Assembly: GCA_035389045.1 (NCBI GenBank)
Contig: DAOORA010000013.1
Coordinates: 1 to 64,000 of the forward strand
Reading direction: 5' to 3'
Origin: Bacteroidales bacterium
GTDB lineage: Bacteria > Bacteroidota > Bacteroidia > Bacteroidales > CAIWKO01
Length of the DNA: 64,000 bases
This document shows, one piece after another, positions 1 to 10,352 of the stretch. How positions within the stretch are numbered: position 1 is the stretch's first letter; every line of letters begins with the position of its first letter. Below the pieces are notes generated by a model. That model saw nothing but the letters and a program-made list of their open reading frames with translations. It made no database searches and was not told the DNA's origin. Position numbers and translations under genes: made by a program.

Positions 1-459
1 TGTATTTACACAATACATTTTCAAATAGTTATTAACAATTTATGGTTAATTTAGGTTAATAAAGCAAGAAATAATTGCTGGAAATTTAAAATATTTTTGA
101 AAGCAGATAAATGTTTCCATTTTTGCTCAGTATTATTGATTAGAAATCCTGATGCTCCTGCGAAAAGGGATTTTTTGGCAATAAGCATTGGTACAACTCT
201 GAAAAGTGTGCTGATTTTCAGTGTCTTTCCCTTTATGGGTCAGTGGCAAAAGGTGCAGAAAATCTTCGGGTTTAACTTTTCGGAGTAGACTCAATCATTA
301 ACCATGAAAAAAGTATCAGATAGAATGGAGCAACATTGCAGAGTTAATCCTGTTGGGTTGGAGCCAAACTTTTCTGAAAATCTTTAATCTAATGCTGTTA
401 GAAAGGCCGGAAGTGTGACAATACGATGTGCCAAAATAACGGTAGAAGAGTTTTTGTCG

Positions 460-1110
460 CTAGATCTTTGTACCGAATGCCAGATCACCGGCATCGCCCA
501 GGCCGGGGACAATATATGCCTGGGCAGTCAGTTCATCATCAATGGCGCCAACCCAAAGTGTGGTATTTTTTGAGGAAAAATTCTTTTTGATATAATCCAC
601 TCCCTGTGCGCTTGCAATAATAGTAACGATATGAGTATGTACAGGCCTGCCTTTTTCAAGCAGTGATTTGTGTGTCAGCACAAGTGATGCCCCGGTAGCC
701 AGCATCGGATCGGTAAGAATGAGGACTTTATCGCTAATATCAGGGCTTGAAGTATATTCAACCCTGATGTCGAACTGACCGTCTTTATAGTGGTATCTGT
801 AGGCTGAAACAAATGCGTTCTCGGAATTGTCGAAAACATTCAGAAATCCCTGGTGAAGAGGTAGTCCCGCACGTAAAATCGTGGCCAGCACCGGGTAACT
901 CTTTAATACTGGAACTTCTGCCACGCCCAGCGGGGTGATGATCTCTTTTTTTTCATATTCCAGCTGCTTACTGATCTCGTAAGCAAAAATTTCACCTATA
1001 CGTTCAAAATTTCTGCGGAAACGCATGCTGTCCTTTTGAATCTCAGTATCGCGTATCTCAGCAATATACTGGTTAATGATCGAATTTTTTTCGCCTAAAA
1101 CATGTAACAT
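460..1110 (-). CDS. upp: Uracil phosphoribosyltransferase
   Basis: ILRAG, PRPP-binding LTDPMLATGAS and C-terminal YIVPGLGDAGD motifs. Confidence 0.96.
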   Translation of the reverse strand: MLHVLGEKNSIINQYIAEIRDTEIQKDSMRFRRNFERIGEIFAYEISKQLEYEKKEIITPLGVAEVPVLKSYPVLATILRAGLPLHQGFLNVFDNSENAFVSAYRYHYKDGQFDIRVEYTSSPDISDKVLILTDPMLATGASLVLTHKSLLEKGRPVHTHIVTIIASAQGVDYIKKNFSSKNTTLWVGAIDDELTAQAYIVPGLGDAGDLAFGTKI

Positions 1111-1133
1111 TTGTAGAATTTTGAATTCAGTGG

Positions 1134-2075
1134 CTAAAGTAATTTATTTTTTATTTGAAAAAAAGATTTTAAAAATTTAATTGCGATATCCGGCAATTTC
1201 GTAAATTCAATGTTTGTATACTTCTTTTCAACTGCGCCAAAGCTACGGTAAAACCTGGCGAGCGATTCATAATCGGAACCCTCAAAATCCAGGACGAGCG
1301 GTTTTCCGGCATGTTCTTGTATATAACGGTCTATCAGAAAATGCATGCTATGGTTTTCTCTGGCTCCAACAGCTGAAGCTGAAAACAGAAAAACAGTCTT
1401 ACTGCAGCCGCTTACAAAAAGTATACCTGCACTAAGCTCATTATGAATATAAACCTTCCATAATTCACAGGCGGAATGTGTACGGGCTGAAAGGAAAATT
1501 TTTTTAAGTACCATGAAATAATCCCCTGGCATTGAAGCTATATTTTTTGCTTTTTCACTTATAAAAAGATCAATAAGATCATCAATATGATCAGATTTTT
1601 GAACACGGAACTGGTTTTCCGGAATTTTTTTCAGGTTTCTTCTGAGATTTTCCGAATATCCCTGCCTGAGTTCATCGTATGTTCTGTTCAGGTCAAGTTC
1701 AAGGTTGATATGGGTTTCTTTCTTAACATTCAGTGTTCCGGAAGGATTATAATGATTCAGGTTGATCGTGGCATACCTGAATTTTGGCGGTATGGACTGA
1801 ATAAATTCTTTTATCTTGTTCTCTGTAATCTCTGAAATAGAAAATACGCCCAACTGCTGTACAAGCGATGGTGGAAAGATATAACAAAACCCGATTTTTT
1901 TCCGGAAAGGCAGGGGCATTACAGAAACATAATCATCTTCAACAAGTGCATCCCAGCATTCGCAGCAACTGTCGAGATACCAACTATATGCATAAATATT
2001 CCCGTTTGGAGCGTTTCCGATACATGTATCCCATTGGTTTTTATCTATTTTGCTGTAAGGCAGATATGTTATCAT
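1134..2075 (-). CDS. GNAT/FemAB-like acyltransferase-fold protein
   Basis: N-terminal 'IDKNQWD..I...IYAYSWYLD' and C-terminal 'LDFEGS...LARFYRSFGA', typical of Bacteroidota FemAB-like GNAT proteins. Confidence 0.7.
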   Translation of the reverse strand: MITYLPYSKIDKNQWDTCIGNAPNGNIYAYSWYLDSCCECWDALVEDDYVSVMPLPFRKKIGFCYIFPPSLVQQLGVFSISEITENKIKEFIQSIPPKFRYATINLNHYNPSGTLNVKKETHINLELDLNRTYDELRQGYSENLRRNLKKIPENQFRVQKSDHIDDLIDLFISEKAKNIASMPGDYFMVLKKIFLSARTHSACELWKVYIHNELSAGILFVSGCSKTVFLFSASAVGARENHSMHFLIDRYIQEHAGKPLVLDFEGSDYESLARFYRSFGAVEKKYTNIEFTKLPDIAIKFLKSFFQIKNKLL

Positions 2076-2458
2076 CCGTATTGATAATTTGAGCCAGAAT
2101 GTCAGGGAAATCTGTTCCTGAACCGGAAATTTAACCTTTCAAAAATACGGTTTCTTTTCAAAATTGAAATGAATTATTGAAACGTATTTTCGTATAATTG
2201 TCAATAATTATGAAATACTTGTTTCTGAACAGTATTTTTGTAATAAAAAAATCGATTACCTCAAAGGGAATTTGTATAGTGCCTGAAAGGCATATTTTAT
2301 GAACTTAAATTCATGAAAGAAGTTATGAAAAAAATAACTAATTAAATCAAAGACAGAAAATGTGTTCAGCAGTAGTTCAGGTGAGGGTAATTACATTTGC
2401 CGGTCAGGGAGCCTGATTAAGAGTGGTCAGTTGGAAATGATCTGGTGTTATGTAATCT

Positions 2459-3217
2459 CTATTTTTTTTGGAAAACCAACTGTACCCCCAGATCATTGCC
2501 ATGTTTTGTATAGGCAATATAGCCATGAGCAACTCCCGATTCTTGAATGATGCGAAAAATAAAATTCAAATCATAGGAGTTCATCTGTAACAAAGGCATT
2601 TTAAAGGGTTTGTGATCTATCAGGTTTAAGAAATTGTGAAGAAATGGAATTCTGATGCGAAAAAAATCCACCATCTTACTATGTTTTGCTATGTCTTTAT
2701 AATAGGTAAGATGAAAAGAGCAAATCCCATTGGTATTCAAGAGTTTCAGTAATAGTTGCATTATTTTTTTTCCACGGCTCACATTTATATGCTGAAACAC
2801 TATGTATGAATTGATCAGGTCAAATTTATGATTCGAAATATTGGTCAGTTTATCATCTGAAAGATACAATTCAATGTTATGCAAATGGTTGTTTATTGCA
2901 TTTTGTTTTGCTATTGCCAGTATGTCTTCAGAAATATCTATTCCGACCGTTTTTTTACATCTCTTAGCAAAAGGAATAAGTAATCTGCCGGTTCCACATC
3001 CGAAGTCCAGTATTGTCTGTGGATTAAAACTTTGATCAAAATGCTTGTGAATTATCTCAAACAGATTATCAACATAATCTACCCCGGTAGCGAAAAAGTC
3101 TTTCAGATGTTCTTCATTAAGATTTCTGGTTAAATATTTTTCTTGAGTGAGGACGCCATAATATGGATTTTCCTTTCCTAAAATATTCCAGGTTTCATCT
3201 GAATTAATGGTGGTCAT
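2459..3217 (-). CDS. Class I SAM-dependent methyltransferase
   Basis: Motif I ILDFGCGTGR, GIDIS and FDLI; AT-rich gene. Confidence 0.88.
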   Translation of the reverse strand: MTTINSDETWNILGKENPYYGVLTQEKYLTRNLNEEHLKDFFATGVDYVDNLFEIIHKHFDQSFNPQTILDFGCGTGRLLIPFAKRCKKTVGIDISEDILAIAKQNAINNHLHNIELYLSDDKLTNISNHKFDLINSYIVFQHINVSRGKKIMQLLLKLLNTNGICSFHLTYYKDIAKHSKMVDFFRIRIPFLHNFLNLIDHKPFKMPLLQMNSYDLNFIFRIIQESGVAHGYIAYTKHGNDLGVQLVFQKK

Positions 3218-3721
3218 ATGTGTTTTATATTGATTAGCAAAGGTTTATATTATTAAAAGTATTGCAAAATTTCCCTCTGTGTTTTTTTCTCTGCGGAAGG
3301 ATCATTTTGGCAAGCTGCCTTTTGATCCATGAATACATCCCGGAAGATTGAATCATGAATTTTTATTAAAAAACCAAAAGTACAAAATCTTTATATTAAA
3401 AAAGTAATTCGTTGTTTTTCAATCCATACCAAATATTAAATGGAAATACTTTTATTTTTTCCGAAAAGTATATATTTCAATATAATATTCAGGAAACAAG
3501 GATTAATCTGACATACAAATTTATGCGAGGTTTTCAAGTACATATGAAAAATTGTTGGACTTTGACTAACCATTCAATTTTTAGACTTATACCAAGTAAA
3601 TAATATTGTTCTATATGATGGTCTTTCAATGATATGCAACTTTATATCCGATGGAAATATTTTCCCGGATAGCTGAATTCTGAATTTTTGAATTTTTCAA
3701 TAAAAGATCGATAGACCGAAA

Positions 3722-4375
3722 TTACTTTTCTTTTTGTACGCCAACACCAGTGAAAATATATGTACCGTCTTTAATAGCAGTGAGGGGACAACTGCAAGGT
3801 ATTGACATTACATGATCTGGAGAAGTGATGGTGATCCCTTTTTCTGTTACTTCAATAGTTCTTTTATAACTCTGGTAATCATAAACACTTTCATTCTCCC
3901 CGTCATTGGGAATCTCTGTCTCATCGCAACCATAGCTGACTTTGAATATCTGTACCGGAGCACCATCGGCTTTTATGATAAGCATACTATAATTATTGGT
4001 CCTGTGAACACTTCTTCCGTGATTCTCAGTGCTGTTTTTTATTCCCCTGACCATCAACAGGGTTTCACTTCCTGATGCCGGGCTGATTAACTTAAAATCA
4101 TTGGTTACTTCAGAAAATGGTAATGCTATTGAAGTCCACTTATTTTTGTCATTAGTAAAATATGCTAACCTGATCTTACCTTTATCAGAATAGCTCAATA
4201 TGTTTGAATATTTACTGTTGGTCAGCGGATAACTGATGTTTCTGACCGTATTGGAATCGAGCACCCTGTATTTAAGTTTTACGACGGACAAGCCGGTGGT
4301 ATCATCCGGGTTGCTGACCTGCCCTGAAACTGCAGTTACAAAAGCTAAGATGACGAAAGTGATCAGTATTCTCAT
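3722..4375 (-). CDS. Hypothetical secreted protein
   Basis: 217-aa ORF with a Sec signal ending in VSG-Q; no family recognised. Confidence 0.6.
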   Translation of the reverse strand: MRILITFVILAFVTAVSGQVSNPDDTTGLSVVKLKYRVLDSNTVRNISYPLTNSKYSNILSYSDKGKIRLAYFTNDKNKWTSIALPFSEVTNDFKLISPASGSETLLMVRGIKNSTENHGRSVHRTNNYSMLIIKADGAPVQIFKVSYGCDETEIPNDGENESVYDYQSYKRTIEVTEKGITITSPDHVMSIPCSCPLTAIKDGTYIFTGVGVQKEK

Positions 4376-4613
4376 ATAATTATGGTCTTATTGTATAATA
4401 AGTGGTAAAGTAAAATTACAGATATTTTGTAAATGTCTGCATATACAGACATTTTTCATCACCATTTTTTGATAAAATGTTCATTTAGAACATAAGATCT
4501 GCTTAAATATCCTTTCTAAAATTTATAACATACCATAGTGAGATATGCAATCAATATTTTTCCATGTGTTATGTTATTGAATGACCGACAAGGAAAACTG
4601 TTCCGCATCCGTT

Positions 4614-6812
4614 TTACCAAAGGAGGAGATTGTGGCGGGCATCTTTGTTCCACTGATTCCATTGAATATTTTGGGTAGTCCCCGAAACAGACAAAGCGCC
4701 TTCCGATCCAATATACATCTGGTTCTTATATGAAATAACCTGCCCGTCTATTTTTCCTTTTCCCTGTATGGTCTTTTTCAATACGCCGGTACTAATGTCA
4801 AAATTCTTTATTTCGCCCGTGGTTGTAGCCACTATTACATTATCATTCATTACAATTGGTATCTGATTGGGATGTAGTTTAACAGCTTGCTGCCATAATA
4901 TTTTCTCACTGTTTGCGTCAAAAGCCATTAATTTCATGCTGTCGGATAACAGGATAATGTTGTTTTTGTAAACAACAGGATGAGTACCATTAAAATTCAT
5001 CTGATTATAACAACTTCTGTTTTCAATGATTTTTGGGGTAGCAAGTGCTGCGGAGTATTTCTTCTGAATTTGCAGCGTATTTCTATCCATAGCCATCAAC
5101 TGCTCTTTACCGTTTACCGATGCTGTGATATAAATTTTATCTGGCGTGACTGTAGGTGAAGACACGGCTTTGATTTTATCGGAATACTGCGTTTGTTTGC
5201 CCGACACTTTATCAAATACATAATAGTTACCGCTTTGTGAAGCTATATGCACCTCTTTTCCTTCGATGACAGGACATGCGATCACTTCGTTATCGATCCA
5301 GTTGACCCAGTTCATTATTCCGGTATGCAGGTCAAAACTGGCCGCTACATAACTTTCGTTGGGTTTTGCAGGATTATCATAACCATTGTCATAAACAACA
5401 TAAACGCTGTTACTGTCTGCTGATGGCGTGGAATATATGGTTCCTGCCAGCCATTTGCTCCATAGTAGCTTTCCTGAAGAGGCATTGATGGCATATAACG
5501 TACAGGAATAGGTGTTTATCAACAAAATCCCGTCGTGAAAAACTATGGGTGATGCGCCTGATTCCCCCAGTTCGAGGCCCCAGAGATATGCCCCTGTAGC
5601 CGCCTGCAGGCAATAAAAATTCGGCGAATAGAAGCCCTCCTGTGAGAACAATTTATTATCGGCTACCGAAGGAGTGCCTACCGGTCCTGATGAGGAGAAG
5701 TCAATTTCAAAACCCGTATCCGTCTTTTTAAAGTAATTGACGGGTTTTTTTGCCGGATGGACAGGCGTTTCAGCATGGTTCACCACAAATCCTTTTTCGT
5801 TGATGTGCCGTTCGGCCATCATTTTTTCGATGGCGCGGGAGCCCCGGTAGCGGCGCGATACCTCTGACGAACCAAAACCTGAACCTGCTGGAGCTTCAAC
5901 TAAAAATACACCTTGCTCATATTTCAGGTTTACCAGGTAATTGCTGCCTTTTTTCAATAGAAAAGTACATTTGCCATTGGCATCCGTTCGACCGGCATAC
6001 ACGGCGCTGTTTTTTTCAGCAGCCAGATAAACCTCTTCATCCGGTAACGGCAATCCCTCAAAATTTTTCAGATAAAGTGTAAAAAGCAGATGTGTGGAAG
6101 TGCCATTGGCCTGGGTGACAGGTTTCTGGATGATGGTATCTCCTTTGTGAACTTCTTTTACATTGGTTCTTTCGTAGTAAAAAACTTCCGATATTTCAAG
6201 GTTTGCGGCCTTGGGCACTTTAAAGGTACGCAGGGCTTCATGGCCTTCAATATCAACTTCATATTCTTTGTTTACAGGTAAATAGAAAGTAGCAAGGCCC
6301 GATGTATTTGTAATGGCTTTATATTTGATCTTCCCGGGGCAGTCCACCATTTCAAAAGAAACTGCAGGCAGGTTTTTCCCGTTATTTTCTTTAATATTGA
6401 TCACAGCCTTGACCGTGTTGGGCTGTCCCTTAAGCTGCAGTGCATCGCGAATGGCAAATGTGATACCGGTCCTTTCGGCTTTTTTACTTTCTTCAAATAT
6501 TTTTTCAGGATCATAGGTGACCGTGCGGGCACAAGTTCCTTTGCCACCGCGGATAACCTCAAAGGTTGCAACATCTTTCAGTTCGAGATAGCTGAACGTG
6601 TATGTTCCGGGCTCGGCCAGCGTGAAACGGGCCGTACCGGAATTATCGGTTGTGGATTTGAGTTCAATATTTTTTTCAGTGTTTTGTGCCGTAACCACTT
6701 TACCCGCCACCGGCTGGCTTTTTGTGTCTTTGATGGTAAAAGTATAGGTGTACTGTGCCGGCAGAATTGTGCTGTAGCAGCAAAGAAATAGTATTATCAG
6801 TAATTTTTTCAT
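4614..6812 (-). CDS. Secreted protein with N-terminal Ig/carboxypeptidase-regulatory-like domains and a C-terminal PQQ-like (BamB-type) beta-propeller
   Basis: Signal peptide; three 'TDxxG.A.F.L' beta-sandwich units; repeated 'A..G..LW' and 'SxP' propeller blades. Confidence 0.75.
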   Translation of the reverse strand: MKKLLIILFLCCYSTILPAQYTYTFTIKDTKSQPVAGKVVTAQNTEKNIELKSTTDNSGTARFTLAEPGTYTFSYLELKDVATFEVIRGGKGTCARTVTYDPEKIFEESKKAERTGITFAIRDALQLKGQPNTVKAVINIKENNGKNLPAVSFEMVDCPGKIKYKAITNTSGLATFYLPVNKEYEVDIEGHEALRTFKVPKAANLEISEVFYYERTNVKEVHKGDTIIQKPVTQANGTSTHLLFTLYLKNFEGLPLPDEEVYLAAEKNSAVYAGRTDANGKCTFLLKKGSNYLVNLKYEQGVFLVEAPAGSGFGSSEVSRRYRGSRAIEKMMAERHINEKGFVVNHAETPVHPAKKPVNYFKKTDTGFEIDFSSSGPVGTPSVADNKLFSQEGFYSPNFYCLQAATGAYLWGLELGESGASPIVFHDGILLINTYSCTLYAINASSGKLLWSKWLAGTIYSTPSADSNSVYVVYDNGYDNPAKPNESYVAASFDLHTGIMNWVNWIDNEVIACPVIEGKEVHIASQSGNYYVFDKVSGKQTQYSDKIKAVSSPTVTPDKIYITASVNGKEQLMAMDRNTLQIQKKYSAALATPKIIENRSCYNQMNFNGTHPVVYKNNIILLSDSMKLMAFDANSEKILWQQAVKLHPNQIPIVMNDNVIVATTTGEIKNFDISTGVLKKTIQGKGKIDGQVISYKNQMYIGSEGALSVSGTTQNIQWNQWNKDARHNLLLW

Positions 6813-6921
6813 AAGATGAATGATGATAAATAGTATTGAAGGTGTAATGATTATGAACGTGCCAATGTAATAACGGTTCAGGTCGGGTTTTTAGTGCTGA
6901 ATTTATAACTTTATAGCATAA

Positions 6922-7135
6922 GGCAGCATACCGGTACTGTCCTGTGCGCAGGAACCCTCAGTGGAGAAATTGGAGCCACCTGAGCATGCTGTCAACAATG
7001 ACTTGTTTCACAAAGCCCCATTTACATGATTTTTATCGGAAGTCCGACTTGCCCGAATAACATTTTGGGAGCATCGCTACCAGACTTGTCCGGGCAGGTG
7101 TGGAAGAAAAAGACGATTGCTTCCGGACACTCTAT
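6922..7135 (+). ncRNA. Candidate structured non-coding RNA/DNA element (unassigned)
   Basis: GC-rich intergenic island with a three-way junction (6922-6993) and two further stems; G-U pairs favour the + strand. Confidence 0.3.
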
Positions 7136-7175
7136 TTGGAGGAGGTATGTGCTGGGCAGAGATGATGGAACATTG

Positions 7176-8141
7176 CTAATCTTTCACACAGCGGACAGAA
7201 CGGCCATATCGTTTATCTTCCAGATATCTCCATATATCAGCAGCGCCATAGTCCAGATACCGGATCCATGCGTCATTTGGATTCTCAGCGGTAGAAGTCC
7301 ACCATCCTGCGCCCAGCTTGATATAAGAGAATATACCGGCATAATCGCAGTGGCCCGCAGGAAGTCCTGTGAATCCGGTCTCATTGGTAGCCCCGGTATT
7401 GGGTTCATTCCAATGAGCCAACCCGGCTTCTTTCATTTTACCGCCGGCAACAGCTTCACCATCCAGATAGTTTCCCAGTAAAGTCCAATCCGCATCACCT
7501 GGAACATGCCATCCGTCCGGAGCAATATTCCGGCTGTCATCAACGGAGAACCAATTGTATAATCGTCCATATGTTATTGAATTGGCCGCATTGTTATTAT
7601 AATCGCGGTAAGCTCCTGTCGTCAACCCTTCCCATTGTACGTTATCGGTAATATTTGCAATAGCCTCTCCATTCCTATAATGTGTAACTTTAAGGTTTTC
7701 TACCATCCAAACCTGAGTGCCAATCGTAACTGTGTGATAAACATTGCCATCAATATCTGTCACCTTATCCGTATTCCATGTTCTGAATCTAATTTCAGGA
7801 CCGTATCCGGTACCGGCCTTGTTGATTGCATACGCACGTATATAATGCTGACAATTGGTACTAAGTCCATCAATGGTACCGGTATAATTGCCGGTACCTG
7901 AGCCGCATGCAATTTTATTGCTGGCTGTTGTGGGACTGCCTGAAGTATTCCAGCAAATTCCCCGCTCAGTAATTTCTGCTCCCCCATCATCGGTAATGTT
8001 TCCTTCACAGGTAACTGATTGTTCTGAAATGTAAAGGACAGGGAGGGTGTTCAGGGTGGGTACCGAATGTTTTTTGCAACTTGTTGCAATTATCATTAGT
8101 ATAACTATTACAAAAATGGAGATTCCGGTTCTTTTTTTCAT
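7176..8141 (-). CDS. Lipoprotein with an FN3-like domain and a Fibrobacter succinogenes major paralogous (FISUMP) domain
   Basis: Lipobox ATSC; 'GGAEITERGICW...YIRAYAIN..GTGYG'; 'DIDGNVYHTVTIGTQVWMVENLK', 'YGRLYNW', 'SVRCVKD'. Confidence 0.9.
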   Translation of the reverse strand: MKKRTGISIFVIVILMIIATSCKKHSVPTLNTLPVLYISEQSVTCEGNITDDGGAEITERGICWNTSGSPTTASNKIACGSGTGNYTGTIDGLSTNCQHYIRAYAINKAGTGYGPEIRFRTWNTDKVTDIDGNVYHTVTIGTQVWMVENLKVTHYRNGEAIANITDNVQWEGLTTGAYRDYNNNAANSITYGRLYNWFSVDDSRNIAPDGWHVPGDADWTLLGNYLDGEAVAGGKMKEAGLAHWNEPNTGATNETGFTGLPAGHCDYAGIFSYIKLGAGWWTSTAENPNDAWIRYLDYGAADIWRYLEDKRYGRSVRCVKD

Positions 8142-8496
8142 TATTTTGAATTTTAGGTTAATACTATTTTTTTGCAGAACTTTATTTCAATCATTTTTTT
8201 TATCTTATATATAGTTGGTATTTGCAGTTACTAAATGTCCTTTTGTTTGTTGTTAAATTAATTATTAATAGATTGTTGTAATACCTATTTCTGAAAATAT
8301 GTTGTGTAAAAATACAATATTTTTGTTATTTATGCAAATGATTATGAAATAATTTTGATTTTAATGCCAGACAATGAAATAAATATGCAGCCTCACTTAA
8401 CTGATATAAATAGTACGGGAGTTCCCAATTTGTGACTTCGTAATGGATATGAATGAAGTAAGCATTAAAAATACAACCTTGCCTGGGATAAACCTG

Positions 8497-9060
8497 TTAC
8501 TGCGGCAGCAGCCAATCCGGCTGTTTATTCTTCTTATTTTGTAATGTTTTTTTTACAGATCGTGTATTGACCACAATGGTTTCAGCTATTCTGTCGTGCA
8601 GGGTCATCCTGTTCACATTCCAGAATACCTGTAAAAAACCAAGTCCGAATTCCAGGGTGGATGCGGCATAACCAAGAGTACGCTCAATGCAGTGCCAGAA
8701 TCCGATACGCTGATGATATATGGAAACAATTCTTATCCCTGATATTTTTTTTCCAATGCTTTGTCCGTTAGTAAAATAGGTCATCAGAACAAAATACAAG
8801 CTTGGTATAAATGCCATTATGACCTTAATAATTTTAATTCCCTGTTCACTCACATTTGCTGCATCTACTTCGGAATGTTGGAATGCCTTAATTTCAACTT
8901 TTGTTATTTCGATGTCTAAAAGTCTCATAATCAGTATTGCAAGTATAATGATAATCATGATTATCACTATATCAATAGATAGTGCAAAAAATCTTCTGTA
9001 TACCGATGCAAGTGTCATTTCGTTGTTCACAAACCATTCCTGACGTTTTTTATATTTCAT
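8497..9060 (-). CDS. RDD family membrane protein
   Basis: 'LAS.YRRFFALSID', 'GQSIGKKISGIRIV' and 'TLHDRIAETIVV'. Confidence 0.9.
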   Translation of the reverse strand: MKYKKRQEWFVNNEMTLASVYRRFFALSIDIVIIMIIIILAILIMRLLDIEITKVEIKAFQHSEVDAANVSEQGIKIIKVIMAFIPSLYFVLMTYFTNGQSIGKKISGIRIVSIYHQRIGFWHCIERTLGYAASTLEFGLGFLQVFWNVNRMTLHDRIAETIVVNTRSVKKTLQNKKNKQPDWLLPQ

Positions 9061-9182
9061 ATCGGGAAAAGATTAAATGATATCTGTATTAATACCATAA
9101 ATGAAAACAGTTTTGGCTGTAATTACACAGCTAATGAATTTTATCCAAATATATAAGATGCATATAAATCGTTAACAATGAA

Positions 9183-10121
9183 TTACATATACAATTTTAG
9201 AAATTTCAGTAATTCATCCGGTTTGTTTCCAAAATAATTATATCCTTCAAACCTTTCATTACCTTCTAACCACAGAATCTTTTTCTCGCTAAGGGTGTTG
9301 TTATAAAAAGATTCGATGTCTGCTTTGGTGGTCCAGGGGTCTTTTTCGACCTGCACGTACATTACAGGCGCTGCAACATCTTTTACATAGTCCTTTGGCG
9401 ACATAGCGTCAAAATAATAACCGGTTTCTTTCTTTATTTTATTGTTCATTCCTTCGTAATATCGGGCAAATGAAGGGTATCTGTTTTTAACAAAGCATTG
9501 TGTAAAAACATTTGCCGAAACCGGCTGTATGGCTACCAGGCATGTTACGTCTTTAAATTTTTCTTTGGCCTTGCTCATGGCGATAATAGTAGAATTAGCG
9601 CCCATACAATGGCTGACAAATCCTACCTTCATATGTTTCAGGGCGTTGTTTGACTGGATATAATCCATAGCCCCCGCCACATCCTGCCATTCAAACAATC
9701 CCACAGCGGAATATCCGTTATTTGCGGCATCGCTTTCGCCATGATTACGGAAATCAAACATAAGTACATTATACCCGGCATCATTCAGGTGTTTAACTGT
9801 GTTTAAAAACTGTACTTCTATTTTGGTTACCTTGAACATTCCCTGGTCTTTGACGGAATACCCGTATTTGGTAAATGTCATGGGATGCGTTACCACAATC
9901 AGCTTGTCAGTTTTTCCGGGTATTAACCAGCCTTTAAGATTTACCCCGTCTGCAGATTTAAATTCGATATTCTGGAATGGCAATCCATAGTCACCTGGGC
10001 TTTTGACCAATGGCTGCCTCCGGGGTTTCATCAGGGAGTTGGCTAAGTAGTTTGAACAACCCATGCATAAAATTATGCATAATATTATGCCTGTTGAAAT
10101 AATTTGTTGAACTGTTTTCAT
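9183..10121 (-). CDS. Alpha/beta-fold hydrolase with Cys at the nucleophile elbow, probable lipoprotein (start likely 10121 or 10130)
   Basis: 'SADGVNLKGWLIP', 'GYNVLMFDFRNHGES' and 'SHCMG' elbow. Confidence 0.8.
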   Translation of the reverse strand: MKTVQQIISTGIILCIILCMGCSNYLANSLMKPRRQPLVKSPGDYGLPFQNIEFKSADGVNLKGWLIPGKTDKLIVVTHPMTFTKYGYSVKDQGMFKVTKIEVQFLNTVKHLNDAGYNVLMFDFRNHGESDAANNGYSAVGLFEWQDVAGAMDYIQSNNALKHMKVGFVSHCMGANSTIIAMSKAKEKFKDVTCLVAIQPVSANVFTQCFVKNRYPSFARYYEGMNNKIKKETGYYFDAMSPKDYVKDVAAPVMYVQVEKDPWTTKADIESFYNNTLSEKKILWLEGNERFEGYNYFGNKPDELLKFLKLYM

Positions 10122-10352
10122 CTTTTCCATTTTAAGAGGTAACACAAAATAACCTAAATTTTTTATCATTTGCAATTAAAAATCACTTATTATCTTCAAC
10201 TCTGATTTGCGCAAAGTAAGTAACTATCGGTATTTCTCAATTTTTCCCCATTATTTTTGTGCATTGAGCAGATATTTCTTTTGACCCTTGTTGAGACGTT
10301 CAATTATATTTCGGGATAATAAAAGGTTTGATTATCGGAATTGTTGGCATTA

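Noticed and set aside
3234..3356. 40-codon minus-strand uORF / small hairpin upstream of the methyltransferase (leader peptide or SAM riboswitch?)
   Set aside because: No recognisable riboswitch consensus, and the ORF has no distinctive composition. Chance cannot be excluded.
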